A stretch of 64,000 nucleotides of DNA from a virus (lineage: Duplodnaviria > Heunggongvirae > Uroviricota > Caudoviricetes): IMG/VR virus record IMGVR_UViG_2663762946_000001; one strand, given 5' to 3'. How positions within the stretch are numbered: position 1 is the first letter of the stretch; each line of letters opens with the position of its first letter. Under the pieces are notes generated by a model. It saw only the letters and a program-made list of their open reading frames with translations. It made no database searches and had not been told where the DNA came from. The translations under genes were made by a program, and so were the position numbers. Shown in pieces: positions 46,250 through 54,850 of this stretch.

Positions 46250-46672
46250 TTAGAGGTTACTTAGCAATACGATAAACAGATATATAAATACTGCAAGTTC
46301 AATTAACTCAACCGTAATAAAAACAATATTTCTATACTCACTTATAGCATATTCAATTACCTTTTCTTTAGTTTCTAAGATAGTCAGTTTTGAAATCCTA
46401 TAAAAGTATTCAGCACATTCAACACCGAAAATTAACAAACATAGTAAAATTCCTATAATACTATTTACTCTTAATCCAACTATAAATAGTGTGACAGAAT
46501 ATAATATTAAACCCCAAAATAAGGAAATTCTGGTTTCATTTTTATATTCTACATCGTGTAGCGTTTTTTCTAACTTTGCTTTGTTTTCATCATCAGTTTT
46601 AAATGCACTAAAATCTCCCATGATATTCATTACTATTAATAATGTTAATAGTATTAATGCAAATATTGTCAT
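46250..46672 (-). CDS. hypothetical multi-pass membrane protein
   Basis: Four hydrophobic helices. Confidence 0.4.
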   Translation of the reverse strand: MTIFALILLTLLIVMNIMGDFSAFKTDDENKAKLEKTLHDVEYKNETRISLFWGLILYSVTLFIVGLRVNSIIGILLCLLIFGVECAEYFYRISKLTILETKEKVIEYAISEYRNIVFITVELIELAVFIYLFIVLLSNL

Positions 46673-46791
46673 ATGATTCCTTCTTTCTATTCATATTATT
46701 TATAAAATCAACATTTTATCTAGTTTTCTTTGCGTCATTTGCATAATTTTTATCTCCAATAAACTTTTTTATTTGTATGTGTATACAAACT

Positions 46792-47355
46792 TCATTTTGT
46801 TTCCTCCTTTGCAGCTTCGTGCCACTTGGCTTGCAAGCCTTGAATGCCTAGTTGCTTTTCTGCTTCTTTTACTTCATCAAGGGTTAATTCTGTTCGAAGA
46901 CTAACAATGCCAAGTTCACTTGCTAATAAAAACACATTTGACTTATTCAATTGCAAATACTGACGTCCTATTTTAATCTCATACTTTTCAGGTTCACTAA
47001 CCTCAATGAGTGATGGATTAACCCATGCTTTAGCCAGATTAAATTGATTTATATCATTAGCTTGAAATTTATACAGGGCTGGAAATTGTGTGCAATTATT
47101 AATTATGGAAAATAACACCATATAAATTCTTGCACTTGATATTCTAGATTTTAATTCTTCAAACTCTTTTGCTTCTTCCACCGTCATTTTAATCTTTTCT
47201 TCTGCCGGCTGAAAATTTTCTAGCTTGCCTAAAACTTGTTCATTAATTATTGTTATGTTATCCCTACCTTTATTCAAACGATTCTTAGCAGTATTGTCTA
47301 ATTTAATTACTACTCTATCATCCACTTTATATAAATGTTTTTCATATTTCACCAT
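46792..47355 (-). CDS. hypothetical protein, paralogue of 47349..47924
   Basis: It shares the FKPAEEKIK motif and overall layout with the upstream gene. Confidence 0.4.
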   Translation of the reverse strand: MVKYEKHLYKVDDRVVIKLDNTAKNRLNKGRDNITIINEQVLGKLENFQPAEEKIKMTVEEAKEFEELKSRISSARIYMVLFSIINNCTQFPALYKFQANDINQFNLAKAWVNPSLIEVSEPEKYEIKIGRQYLQLNKSNVFLLASELGIVSLRTELTLDEVKEAEKQLGIQGLQAKWHEAAKEETK

Positions 47356-47924
47356 TTACTTTCCTCCCATGCACCTACTAATTCTATATATTTGAATTTA
47401 GGTAATTTTGCAATTTCTTCAATCTCTTTTTTGGTAAAATGACAGTTTTCATTAAATAAGCTAAATTTTTCTATTAAACGATAATCATTCTCAACTTTCC
47501 ATAACCACATATTAGCAACTTTTACTGCATGTCTTGGTTCAATAAGCTCTATCAATTCTGGATTCTCCCATGCTCTAGCAAATTCAAATTGATTACTAAA
47601 TCCCGTTTCTTTATTAAAAAGTTTGTTGTCTAAATAGGGGAAGAAACGACTTATTTCTGTGCTTCTTATACGGTTAAGAGCGTCAAACAAAGTGCGACCC
47701 AATGATTTTAAATGATCAAATTCTTTCTTTTCTTCAGGCGTAAACTTGATTTTTTCTTCCGCTGGTTTAAAGTCTTCTAGCTTGCCTAAAAAATGTTTAT
47801 CATTTATGGGAACTTCTAAAAAACTATCTTCATCAAATATCAATACCTGTTTTCCCAACGTATTATGGCCTATTTCTGGCACTGAAATTACTACCTTATC
47901 GCCTTTTTTATATTCTGTTGTCAT
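47349..47924 (-). CDS. hypothetical protein, paralogue of 46792..47355
   Basis: Both proteins share (L)GKLE(D/N)F(K/Q)PAEEKIK(F/M)T(P/V)EE(K/A)KEF(D/E)(H/E)LKS. Confidence 0.4.
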   Translation of the reverse strand: MTTEYKKGDKVVISVPEIGHNTLGKQVLIFDEDSFLEVPINDKHFLGKLEDFKPAEEKIKFTPEEKKEFDHLKSLGRTLFDALNRIRSTEISRFFPYLDNKLFNKETGFSNQFEFARAWENPELIELIEPRHAVKVANMWLWKVENDYRLIEKFSLFNENCHFTKKEIEEIAKLPKFKYIELVGAWEESKW

Positions 47925-47925
47925 T

Positions 47926-48225
47926 TTATATCTCCTTTACTAATTTAATAAATTCTTCTTTAGTTAAGTCCTCATTATTCAATTGCGGAATCTCAAACCA
48001 TATCCAACCTTCTTGATGCTGTTTCCATGCAAAATCATCTGCATTCATATTCTCGCAATCATCAAAGCCTGAAGATCGTGTTACCCTTAAATCAAGAAAT
48101 CCATCTGCATTACCTGCCATTTCAGTACATCTAGCCTTTTTCCTTGCTTCTTTAGTATTTTCAGCCCATATTATTTCTTGTCCATAATCAGGATCGCTAA
48201 TTACTTCAACAGAATATGCTTTCAT
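47926..48225 (-). CDS. hypothetical protein
   Basis: A 99-aa ORF after GAGGGAATAGC. Confidence 0.35.
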   Translation of the reverse strand: MKAYSVEVISDPDYGQEIIWAENTKEARKKARCTEMAGNADGFLDLRVTRSSGFDDCENMNADDFAWKQHQEGWIWFEIPQLNNEDLTKEEFIKLVKEI

Positions 48226-48235
48226 GCTATTCCCT

Positions 48236-48502
48236 CTATTCTTTCATTATGTTTATTAAAGCAACAAAATCTGTATAATCTAATTCTGAAATAATACTTA
48301 GATCTTCTGTATCTCCGTACGTGAGAAATTTGTCTTTAAGAATGAAAATAGTATTCTCTTCAAACATATCAAAGTTACACAATTCTGTTGGGCGCAAGCG
48401 TCCACCCCATTTTATTTCAGGGTCTATTTTTTCTAACAAAGTCACTAAACTTCTCCACTGCTTTTCAGTCTTAACTTTTATATTGTAATTTCCAATGTTC
48501 AT
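48236..48502 (-). CDS. hypothetical protein
   Basis: An 88-aa ORF downstream of the class-1 promoter at 48657..48696. Confidence 0.4.
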   Translation of the reverse strand: MNIGNYNIKVKTEKQWRSLVTLLEKIDPEIKWGGRLRPTELCNFDMFEENTIFILKDKFLTYGDTEDLSIISELDYTDFVALINIMKE

Positions 48503-48656
48503 TGATTTTACACCATTCTTTCTTACTTGATTAAATAAAAAAAGAAGGACAAGTACATTGATATAATTTGAAATATAAATACAAAGTTATTTGTATAATT
48601 TCTTATTAACCAATTCACTACGTCACTTCCTTCATTTGAGTTGTTTTGACAATTTT

Positions 48657-48696
48657 AGTATAATTCAAACGTTAAATTCTGTCAATATGTTTATTT
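48657..48696 (-). promoter_or_regulatory. class-1 promoter AAATAAACATATTGACAG-N17-TATACT
   Basis: Read on the minus strand: TTGACAgaatttaacgtttgaatTATACT. Confidence 0.55.
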
Positions 48697-48924
48697 AGGT
48701 ATTAATAATTATCTTCGTTTAACTCATTTTCATAGTCTTTTTGATCTTCTATTTTGAAAATACTTTCTATTTCTAATTGCTCTCTTTGCTTTTCCAATGC
48801 CTCCCAGTCTGGCATTCTCTACCATCTCCTAATATACTTTTGAATCCTGCTGCACTTTCTATTACAAAACCAAAAATGATTATACTGATAACAATATCAA
48901 ATGAAATCATATTAACCTCCGTAA

Positions 48925-49143
48925 TTACTTCTTTTTACTTAATACTGTTGTATAAATCACAAAACCATTTTTATCATACCTAGAAACAAATTCATCTTCT
49001 CCATCCTTAATTACTACTTCAATGACATCTTTTTTATATTCTCTAAACGTTGTTTTTATACCATTCTCATATTTAGTAATATATCTATTAGTACCCTTAA
49101 TACTTTTATAAATTTTTTTTAGAATATTCTGATTTATTCTCAC
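48925..49143 (-). CDS. hypothetical protein
   Basis: A 72-aa ORF. Confidence 0.3.
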   Translation of the reverse strand: MRINQNILKKIYKSIKGTNRYITKYENGIKTTFREYKKDVIEVVIKDGEDEFVSRYDKNGFVIYTTVLSKKK

Positions 49144-49574
49144 TTCATACCCTCCTTCACATTGAGTAATTCAAGTTGATTAACTTTATGCAAATAAATC
49201 ATAGTTTTTGGATTTTTTGTATCATAATCAAGCCATTGAACTCTTGGTAAAATATTTTTATCATCTTCGATAGCCAATCCAATGAAAGAGTCTATGAGAA
49301 TTTTGAAAAAATTATTACAGTCCTGATTTTTGCGCTTTAAAACAAAACCACAATCTAAATACCAATGGCCGTCACCAGTCTGTTCTTTCTTAAAATCTTG
49401 GTGTTTCATAGCTCTTAATATTGCTGTCCTAAATAATAATTTCCAATCTTTAGATGTTTTCGTTTCATACATTGTTGGGATTACCTTATTACCTACTCTC
49501 TGTATTCTAGGAGCTAAATATTTATTAACTGAAATTGGTAAATAAGGTACTTCTACCCTAAGTTCATTCTTCAA
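49140..49574 (-). CDS. RusA-family Holliday-junction resolvase
   Basis: YLPISVNKYL..., and DCNNFFKILIDSFIGLAIEDDKNI which matches RusA D-x-D-N...K...D-x-L...DD. Confidence 0.55.
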   Translation of the reverse strand: MKNELRVEVPYLPISVNKYLAPRIQRVGNKVIPTMYETKTSKDWKLLFRTAILRAMKHQDFKKEQTGDGHWYLDCGFVLKRKNQDCNNFFKILIDSFIGLAIEDDKNILPRVQWLDYDTKNPKTMIYLHKVNQLELLNVKEGMK

Positions 49575-50592
49575 ATTTCAAGCCCTCTAAATTACCATTA
49601 TTTTTAATTTCATACATATAAATAACTTTGTCAAATTTGCCACCAGCGGCCTTCGCATGACCACCTCCGCCAAATACTTGTTCAGCAATCTTACTAACAT
49701 CTACATCTTCTTTTACAGTCCTTAAAGAGACACGATCACTACCTTGGATAACTATTGAAAAATCTACTGGTCTGCCTTTATACTCAAGTTTAGCAAGTTG
49801 ATTTCCCAAATTTGATACATATTCTTCTGCATTTACTACTGAAATTAGAAACTTATTATTCAAAGTCGCAAATTCCACACTCTCAATTTTCTTCTTTATA
49901 TATTTCTTCTCTTTTTCTTTCAATATGTTTACTAGACCTGAATTGTTTTCTAAAAATTGATGTACACCTTTGTTTAAGCATAGCTCCAACATTTCTTCTC
50001 TGTCTTTGACGAGCATAAAATAAAATAAGTTGTTCAAATTTATAGCTGCTAAAGATAAGGAAGTATTAGGTAACTTTGACCATTCCCATGTATCATATCT
50101 TCTCACGGCTTCTACATAATTAAGTGAATTAACACCCATAGAATAGTTAGGTAATGTTGCGAGAGCTAATTCTAAAACTAACGAGGTTGCACATTGTAGA
50201 TTCTCGTTCTCTGCTTTAATTTCAATAAAAACATTATCAGGATATTTCTCTTTTGCCCAAAGAGCAGTTTTATGATGATCTACTACTCCCCATTCAAAAC
50301 CATATTCATTACTTTTCTTAAGTAATTTCTCTAGTACATTTTCTGAAGGAGTTAGGTCTGTAATATAAATCTTATCAGTTCTTTTGACAGAATCAGATTC
50401 TAAAAAATTCAAAATGTCATTATCAATACTCCCACTTTTACCTGTAGATGAATAAGTGGTAGGTAAAAATGTAATTCCAATCTTTTCTTTTACATGTTTA
50501 TATCTATTTCTTACTATTTGTCTTAATAACACTGGTGCTGCATAACCATCCAAATCATTATGTGAGAAAATCTTAAATACTCTTTCTTCCAT
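49564..50592 (-). CDS. DHH/DHHA1 phosphoesterase (NrnA/RecJ-core-like)
   Basis: DHH motif I is FSHNDLDGY. There is a DHH-region Asp/His pattern (VVDHHKT). The DHHA1 GGGH motif is VFGGGGHAKAAGG. Confidence 0.65.
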   Translation of the reverse strand: MEERVFKIFSHNDLDGYAAPVLLRQIVRNRYKHVKEKIGITFLPTTYSSTGKSGSIDNDILNFLESDSVKRTDKIYITDLTPSENVLEKLLKKSNEYGFEWGVVDHHKTALWAKEKYPDNVFIEIKAENENLQCATSLVLELALATLPNYSMGVNSLNYVEAVRRYDTWEWSKLPNTSLSLAAINLNNLFYFMLVKDREEMLELCLNKGVHQFLENNSGLVNILKEKEKKYIKKKIESVEFATLNNKFLISVVNAEEYVSNLGNQLAKLEYKGRPVDFSIVIQGSDRVSLRTVKEDVDVSKIAEQVFGGGGHAKAAGGKFDKVIYMYEIKNNGNLEGLKFEE

Positions 50593-50827
50593 ATTCTTCC
50601 TCCTAAATTAAAACCACATTTCTCAATGTGGTCTATATTAATATAATAATGTAAGTAAATGAGATCTATTACTAAGCTCATCAAGACATGATTTATATAC
50701 CGCACCAATCATATTTATTTTAACCAAGTAATTTAACTCTTCAATTAACTCCCAAGTCATATAATCTTTAAAATTCATATTCTACTCTCCGAAATTGATA
50801 TTTTCCCCGAACCAATTTCCTATAAAT

Positions 50828-50867
50828 AGTATAACAATCACATACTATTCTGTCAATATGTTTATTT
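50828..50867 (-). promoter_or_regulatory. class-1 promoter AAATAAACATATTGACAG-N17-TATACT
   Basis: Read on the minus strand: TTGACAgaatagtatgtgattgtTATACT. It lies upstream of a small unannotated ORF of about 46 aa (about 50778..50638). Confidence 0.55.
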
Positions 50868-50870
50868 CTA

Positions 50871-51218
50871 TTATTTAATTAACTCAAAACTATATCCTTT
50901 ATGTGTCTTTTGTTTTCCACTAATACAATTACCAACCATTATGGTATTGAGTTCCTTTTTGGCCACAAACTCTGTAAAATCATCGCTCGGATACTCAAAT
51001 ACAGTAGTACTATCTTTAGATGTAACTCTCAATTTGTCTTTTGTCTCTTGTTTGTATTCTTTTTTCTCTGGATCAATAAACTCACCTTTACCATTTACTA
51101 CAACCCCTTTAATCGTCTTACCAGAGTTTAGTTTAATAAGATTAGCATAATGAACACCACCAACTTTGTATTCTCTTCCAACGGTTACTTTTGTTCCTCT
51201 AAATTTTAGTATTCTCAT
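50871..51218 (-). CDS. hypothetical protein
   Basis: A 115-aa ORF. Confidence 0.35.
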   Translation of the reverse strand: MRILKFRGTKVTVGREYKVGGVHYANLIKLNSGKTIKGVVVNGKGEFIDPEKKEYKQETKDKLRVTSKDSTTVFEYPSDDFTEFVAKKELNTIMVGNCISGKQKTHKGYSFELIK

Positions 51219-53460
51219 TATCTTTTTCTCCTTTGTTTTTTAATAGATTAATCGCTTCTTTTCTCAATAAGTTCCCTAAGTTATTATGATGAGTTTTCTT
51301 ACTTGTTTTACTTAAAGTTGCTTTTAATGTCCTGGGCGTAGTAATAACATAGGCTAGTTTCGCCGATCTTGTAATAGCTGTATAAATCAACTCTCTTGTA
51401 TTAAGCATAAATTGATATGGTAAGGGTATTAACACACAATCTATCGTACTACCTTGAGATTTATGAACTGTTATCGCGTAACCTAGATTTATATCTTTAA
51501 AATCCTTTTTTGCTACTCTAACCAATCCTATACCATCAAAATCAATAATCATAAATGGATTATCGTCAAGTGTTATCTTTTTTACAACACCAGTATTACC
51601 ATTGAATATAGGCAATGGCAAATTTGTATCTGCTTTGACCGTTGTTTTGTTATTTCTTACATTTATTACTCGATCGTTTTCTCTAATTATGAACTTTCTG
51701 TCTTTTGATAATGTAATTTCTATTTCTAATTTATTTGGTGTTGCTGGATTGATAAATCTTTGACAAGCTTCATTTAATCTATCACAATTCGTTGAGCCTG
51801 AAGATATTGTTGGTGTAATAATTTGTGTATTACCCACTCCATATTTTTTTACTAGAACCTTATACATCTTCATTGCTTCTTTGATTATTCGTTCTTCATT
51901 ATCTGAAGGAATGAAACTATAACCTAAATCCTTTTTAGTTCCATATAATGCTCTAGGTGTTTTTGTTGATAGTTCTTTTGGTTTTTTGCCCAATCTAAAT
52001 GAAATGGAATGAGTAATAATCGCCGATTCTTTAGCTTGTCTATGAATCTCTTTTAGGGTAATAGTAGGAATAATTTTTGAACTAAGCATTTCAGACATTA
52101 CACCAATACCAATTGAATCTAATTGTCCACTATCGCCAATCATAATTAGCTTAGCTCCGCTCGGTATAGCTTGTATTAAAGAATAGAATATGTCTAAATC
52201 CACCATGGATATTTCATCGAGAATGACTACATTTGTCGGTATTTTATTATTACGTTTATATAAAAACTCATCTCCCTGTACTCCAAGTAATTTGTGAATC
52301 GTACTCCCCTTTTCTCCAGTTATACCTGCAAGATTTTGCGCAGCCTTTCCTGATAATGCACATTGCCTATATAGATAGTTGTTCTCTTTTAAAACTTTTA
52401 CAAAAGCATTTACTACAGAACTTTTACCAGTACCAGCTAAACCCTGAAGTAAGAACACATTCTTGTCAAACATCAAGTCTATTGCCCGCTTCTGTTCTTC
52501 AGAGTAAGTCCAGCCTTGCTTTTGTTCTACATCTGTTATTAGTTTCTCTTTATCCTTCAATTCTAAGGTGCTTTTTGAAAATAATAATCTTAATAACTCT
52601 AAGGCCACAAATTTTTCTTTTTCAAAAATAGAGGTTTTAGATACTCTTAACTTATCCTTTACTTTATAGACAGTGTAATCTTGACTTTCTTTTAAATAAT
52701 TCAAAATAAATTTAATATCACATTCATATATTTCTTTATTTACATAATCAATAAATTGATCTAATTCTGAATATGAATTTCCTTCTGAACGTAATTTATC
52801 AAAATAGTCAAATATAAATCCTTTTACTCTTCGTGTGTCATTAGGCAAAATACCATGTTCCAATGCCTTATCGTCAATGGTCTTGAAACCAATTCCGTTT
52901 ATCCCCATTAAATTATAAACATTTTGATCAAGTATCTTTATAGCCAATTCTACAGAACCCTTATTTTTTATTACTTTCCTAGTAAAACTAGGCGTGAATC
53001 CCCATTTGCCAAACTCCACATACGCTTCGCCATAGTCCTTTTGTTCTTCATATTGTTCAAGGTATTTTTCAGCTAAATTCTCTCCTATACCTTTTACTTG
53101 TATTAAAGTTGCCTTATCACCTTCTGCAAAGACTTTACGAGGATCATCTATTGTATCAAAAATTGATTTTACTTTGGATGCGCCAGCTATTCCTAATAAA
53201 AATTTCTTAAAGTCCTCTTTGCTCATATCTTCAATAGGGTTACTGCGTTTACTAGAAATAAAGTTGAACTGTTCACCATATCTAGGGTCTATTACCTTAT
53301 CTGCCTTGATGGAATATTCCGTATCTGGTAAAAGAGACATCTCACCTTTTAATGTTACAATTCCCCGTTTCGAATTAAATAAAACTATCTGAAAATCATT
53401 ATTGTCGCTTTGAAATATTACTCGTTCAAGTTTGCCAACTAACAGTATTTCCTCTTCCAT
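51199..53460 (-). CDS. RecD/RecD2-like SF1 DNA helicase
   Basis: Motif I LQGLAGTGKSS, motif II ILDEISMVD, motif III IMIGDSGQLDSIG, motif V/VI AITVHKSQGST. The N-terminus has an HhH-like segment (VKGIGENLAEKYLE). Confidence 0.75.
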   Translation of the reverse strand: MEEEILLVGKLERVIFQSDNNDFQIVLFNSKRGIVTLKGEMSLLPDTEYSIKADKVIDPRYGEQFNFISSKRSNPIEDMSKEDFKKFLLGIAGASKVKSIFDTIDDPRKVFAEGDKATLIQVKGIGENLAEKYLEQYEEQKDYGEAYVEFGKWGFTPSFTRKVIKNKGSVELAIKILDQNVYNLMGINGIGFKTIDDKALEHGILPNDTRRVKGFIFDYFDKLRSEGNSYSELDQFIDYVNKEIYECDIKFILNYLKESQDYTVYKVKDKLRVSKTSIFEKEKFVALELLRLLFSKSTLELKDKEKLITDVEQKQGWTYSEEQKRAIDLMFDKNVFLLQGLAGTGKSSVVNAFVKVLKENNYLYRQCALSGKAAQNLAGITGEKGSTIHKLLGVQGDEFLYKRNNKIPTNVVILDEISMVDLDIFYSLIQAIPSGAKLIMIGDSGQLDSIGIGVMSEMLSSKIIPTITLKEIHRQAKESAIITHSISFRLGKKPKELSTKTPRALYGTKKDLGYSFIPSDNEERIIKEAMKMYKVLVKKYGVGNTQIITPTISSGSTNCDRLNEACQRFINPATPNKLEIEITLSKDRKFIIRENDRVINVRNNKTTVKADTNLPLPIFNGNTGVVKKITLDDNPFMIIDFDGIGLVRVAKKDFKDINLGYAITVHKSQGSTIDCVLIPLPYQFMLNTRELIYTAITRSAKLAYVITTPRTLKATLSKTSKKTHHNNLGNLLRKEAINLLKNKGEKDNENTKI

Positions 53461-53795
53461 TAGTAAGTTATCACCATACTCAATAATTTCGATTCATCTT
53501 CAAAATTATAACAATCCATTTTATGTTCTGCCTCATATAGTACAATAACAGTATTCTTACTCTTAATAAGATTGGCGACATCAATCTCCTTAAGGGTTAC
53601 ATTACTGTTGGTATTTATCTGTTCAAAATCTACCCCACCCACATGTGTTGTTTTAAACATATATTTTGGCTTACATTTAATTAAAAAATTTGTTAATTTA
53701 AAATCTCTTTTTATTGTAAAAGTTATTTCCCCATATTTATTTAACTCATTCATAGTGTTTATCCTCCTTAAATTCATACCAACCCAGGATATCAA
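53460..53795 (-). CDS. hypothetical protein
   Basis: A 111-aa ORF. Confidence 0.35.
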   Translation of the reverse strand: MISWVGMNLRRINTMNELNKYGEITFTIKRDFKLTNFLIKCKPKYMFKTTHVGGVDFEQINTNSNVTLKEIDVANLIKSKNTVIVLYEAEHKMDCYNFEDESKLLSMVITY

Positions 53796-54216
53796 AAATT
53801 AAATAACCATTATATGCTTCAAAAGAATTAAGATATTTATTTACTTCTCTTCTTTCTATATTCATCTTATTAGAAACCTGATTCTTGCTCCTATAAATAA
53901 TTAATTTATTAGAATCACAATGATACACATATGTTTTCGATAAGTTTGAGAAAGCTTTATTAACATGATTCATACTTATTCCTAGCTTTTGAGAAATCAT
54001 TAATTTGACCTTGTTACCTTTTTGTTTTTCAAAGTAAACGTCTTTTATTTCTTTATATATTCTTAGTTCTTCTAACTCATTTTCTTTTCTCTGAACATAT
54101 TTTTGCATGTAAATAATTCTAGGATCTGTGTTCGATAATACATTCGCCCAATTTGGCACTTCATAGTCTAGGTTAGATAAAAACTTATAAAAATCATCTC
54201 CAAATAAATTAGCCAT
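53746..54216 (-). CDS. HTH protein, a possible sigma-factor region-4-like transcription regulator
   Basis: ELEELRIYKEIKDVYFEKQKGNKVKLMISQKLGISMNHVNKAFSNL resembles the sigma-70 region-4 or LuxR-type HTH. Confidence 0.3.
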   Translation of the reverse strand: MANLFGDDFYKFLSNLDYEVPNWANVLSNTDPRIIYMQKYVQRKENELEELRIYKEIKDVYFEKQKGNKVKLMISQKLGISMNHVNKAFSNLSKTYVYHCDSNKLIIYRSKNQVSNKMNIERREVNKYLNSFEAYNGYLIFDILGWYEFKEDKHYE

Positions 54217-54221
54217 TAACT

Positions 54222-54746
54222 CTACACCCCATAACTTAAATTGAGTATCGAATTAGGCTTATTCTGCAACGAATCCCTAATTATTCTTACATCTAATCCC
54301 AAAGCAGTGGCAGCCTTATTTATTGAACTCCAAACATGTCGATTATTATCTTCGTCATAATATACGACATATCTACCATCAATCGTCCTTTGTGATACAA
54401 TTTTAAAGTTTTCCTCATTTATATTTATGTCATTATGTTTATTTATAACTCTCTTAACAGTATATTCTTTTCCAATTGGTTTAATAAATGCTTCATACAT
54501 CATTTTATCTTTAGAAACTGTTTGGTTACTTTTAACACCAAAAGGATCTTTTAAAACTGCTATAGCATTTTCTAAACCATCGTTTTTAATATAGGCCTTT
54601 TTTAAAACAGCAATATATTTATCTTTTTTAAACAGAATACCATTACTACTAATGCAGTATATTCCTTCCCAACCATAGACCCAACGTAAATTTAAACCTA
54701 ATTCTTCCTGAAATTTTTCAAGCATAATCTTATATCTTAAATTCAT
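54222..54746 (-). CDS. homing-endonuclease-like protein (NUMOD4-type N-terminus and C-terminal HTH) lacking a recognisable nuclease motif
   Basis: LRWVYGWEGIYCISSNG matches the NUMOD4 motif. The C-terminal HVWSSINKAATALGLDVRIIRDSLQNK is a NUMOD1/IENR-like HTH. Confidence 0.35.
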   Translation of the reverse strand: MNLRYKIMLEKFQEELGLNLRWVYGWEGIYCISSNGILFKKDKYIAVLKKAYIKNDGLENAIAVLKDPFGVKSNQTVSKDKMMYEAFIKPIGKEYTVKRVINKHNDININEENFKIVSQRTIDGRYVVYYDEDNNRHVWSSINKAATALGLDVRIIRDSLQNKPNSILNLSYGV

Positions 54747-54850
54747 ATGCCTCCTCCTTATTCTTTCATTATGTTTACTAGTATATAATAAAATAAAAGC
54801 CTTTGAAAGTCAATATAAAAAAGAGATCGTTAGCACAATCTCTCCCTAAA

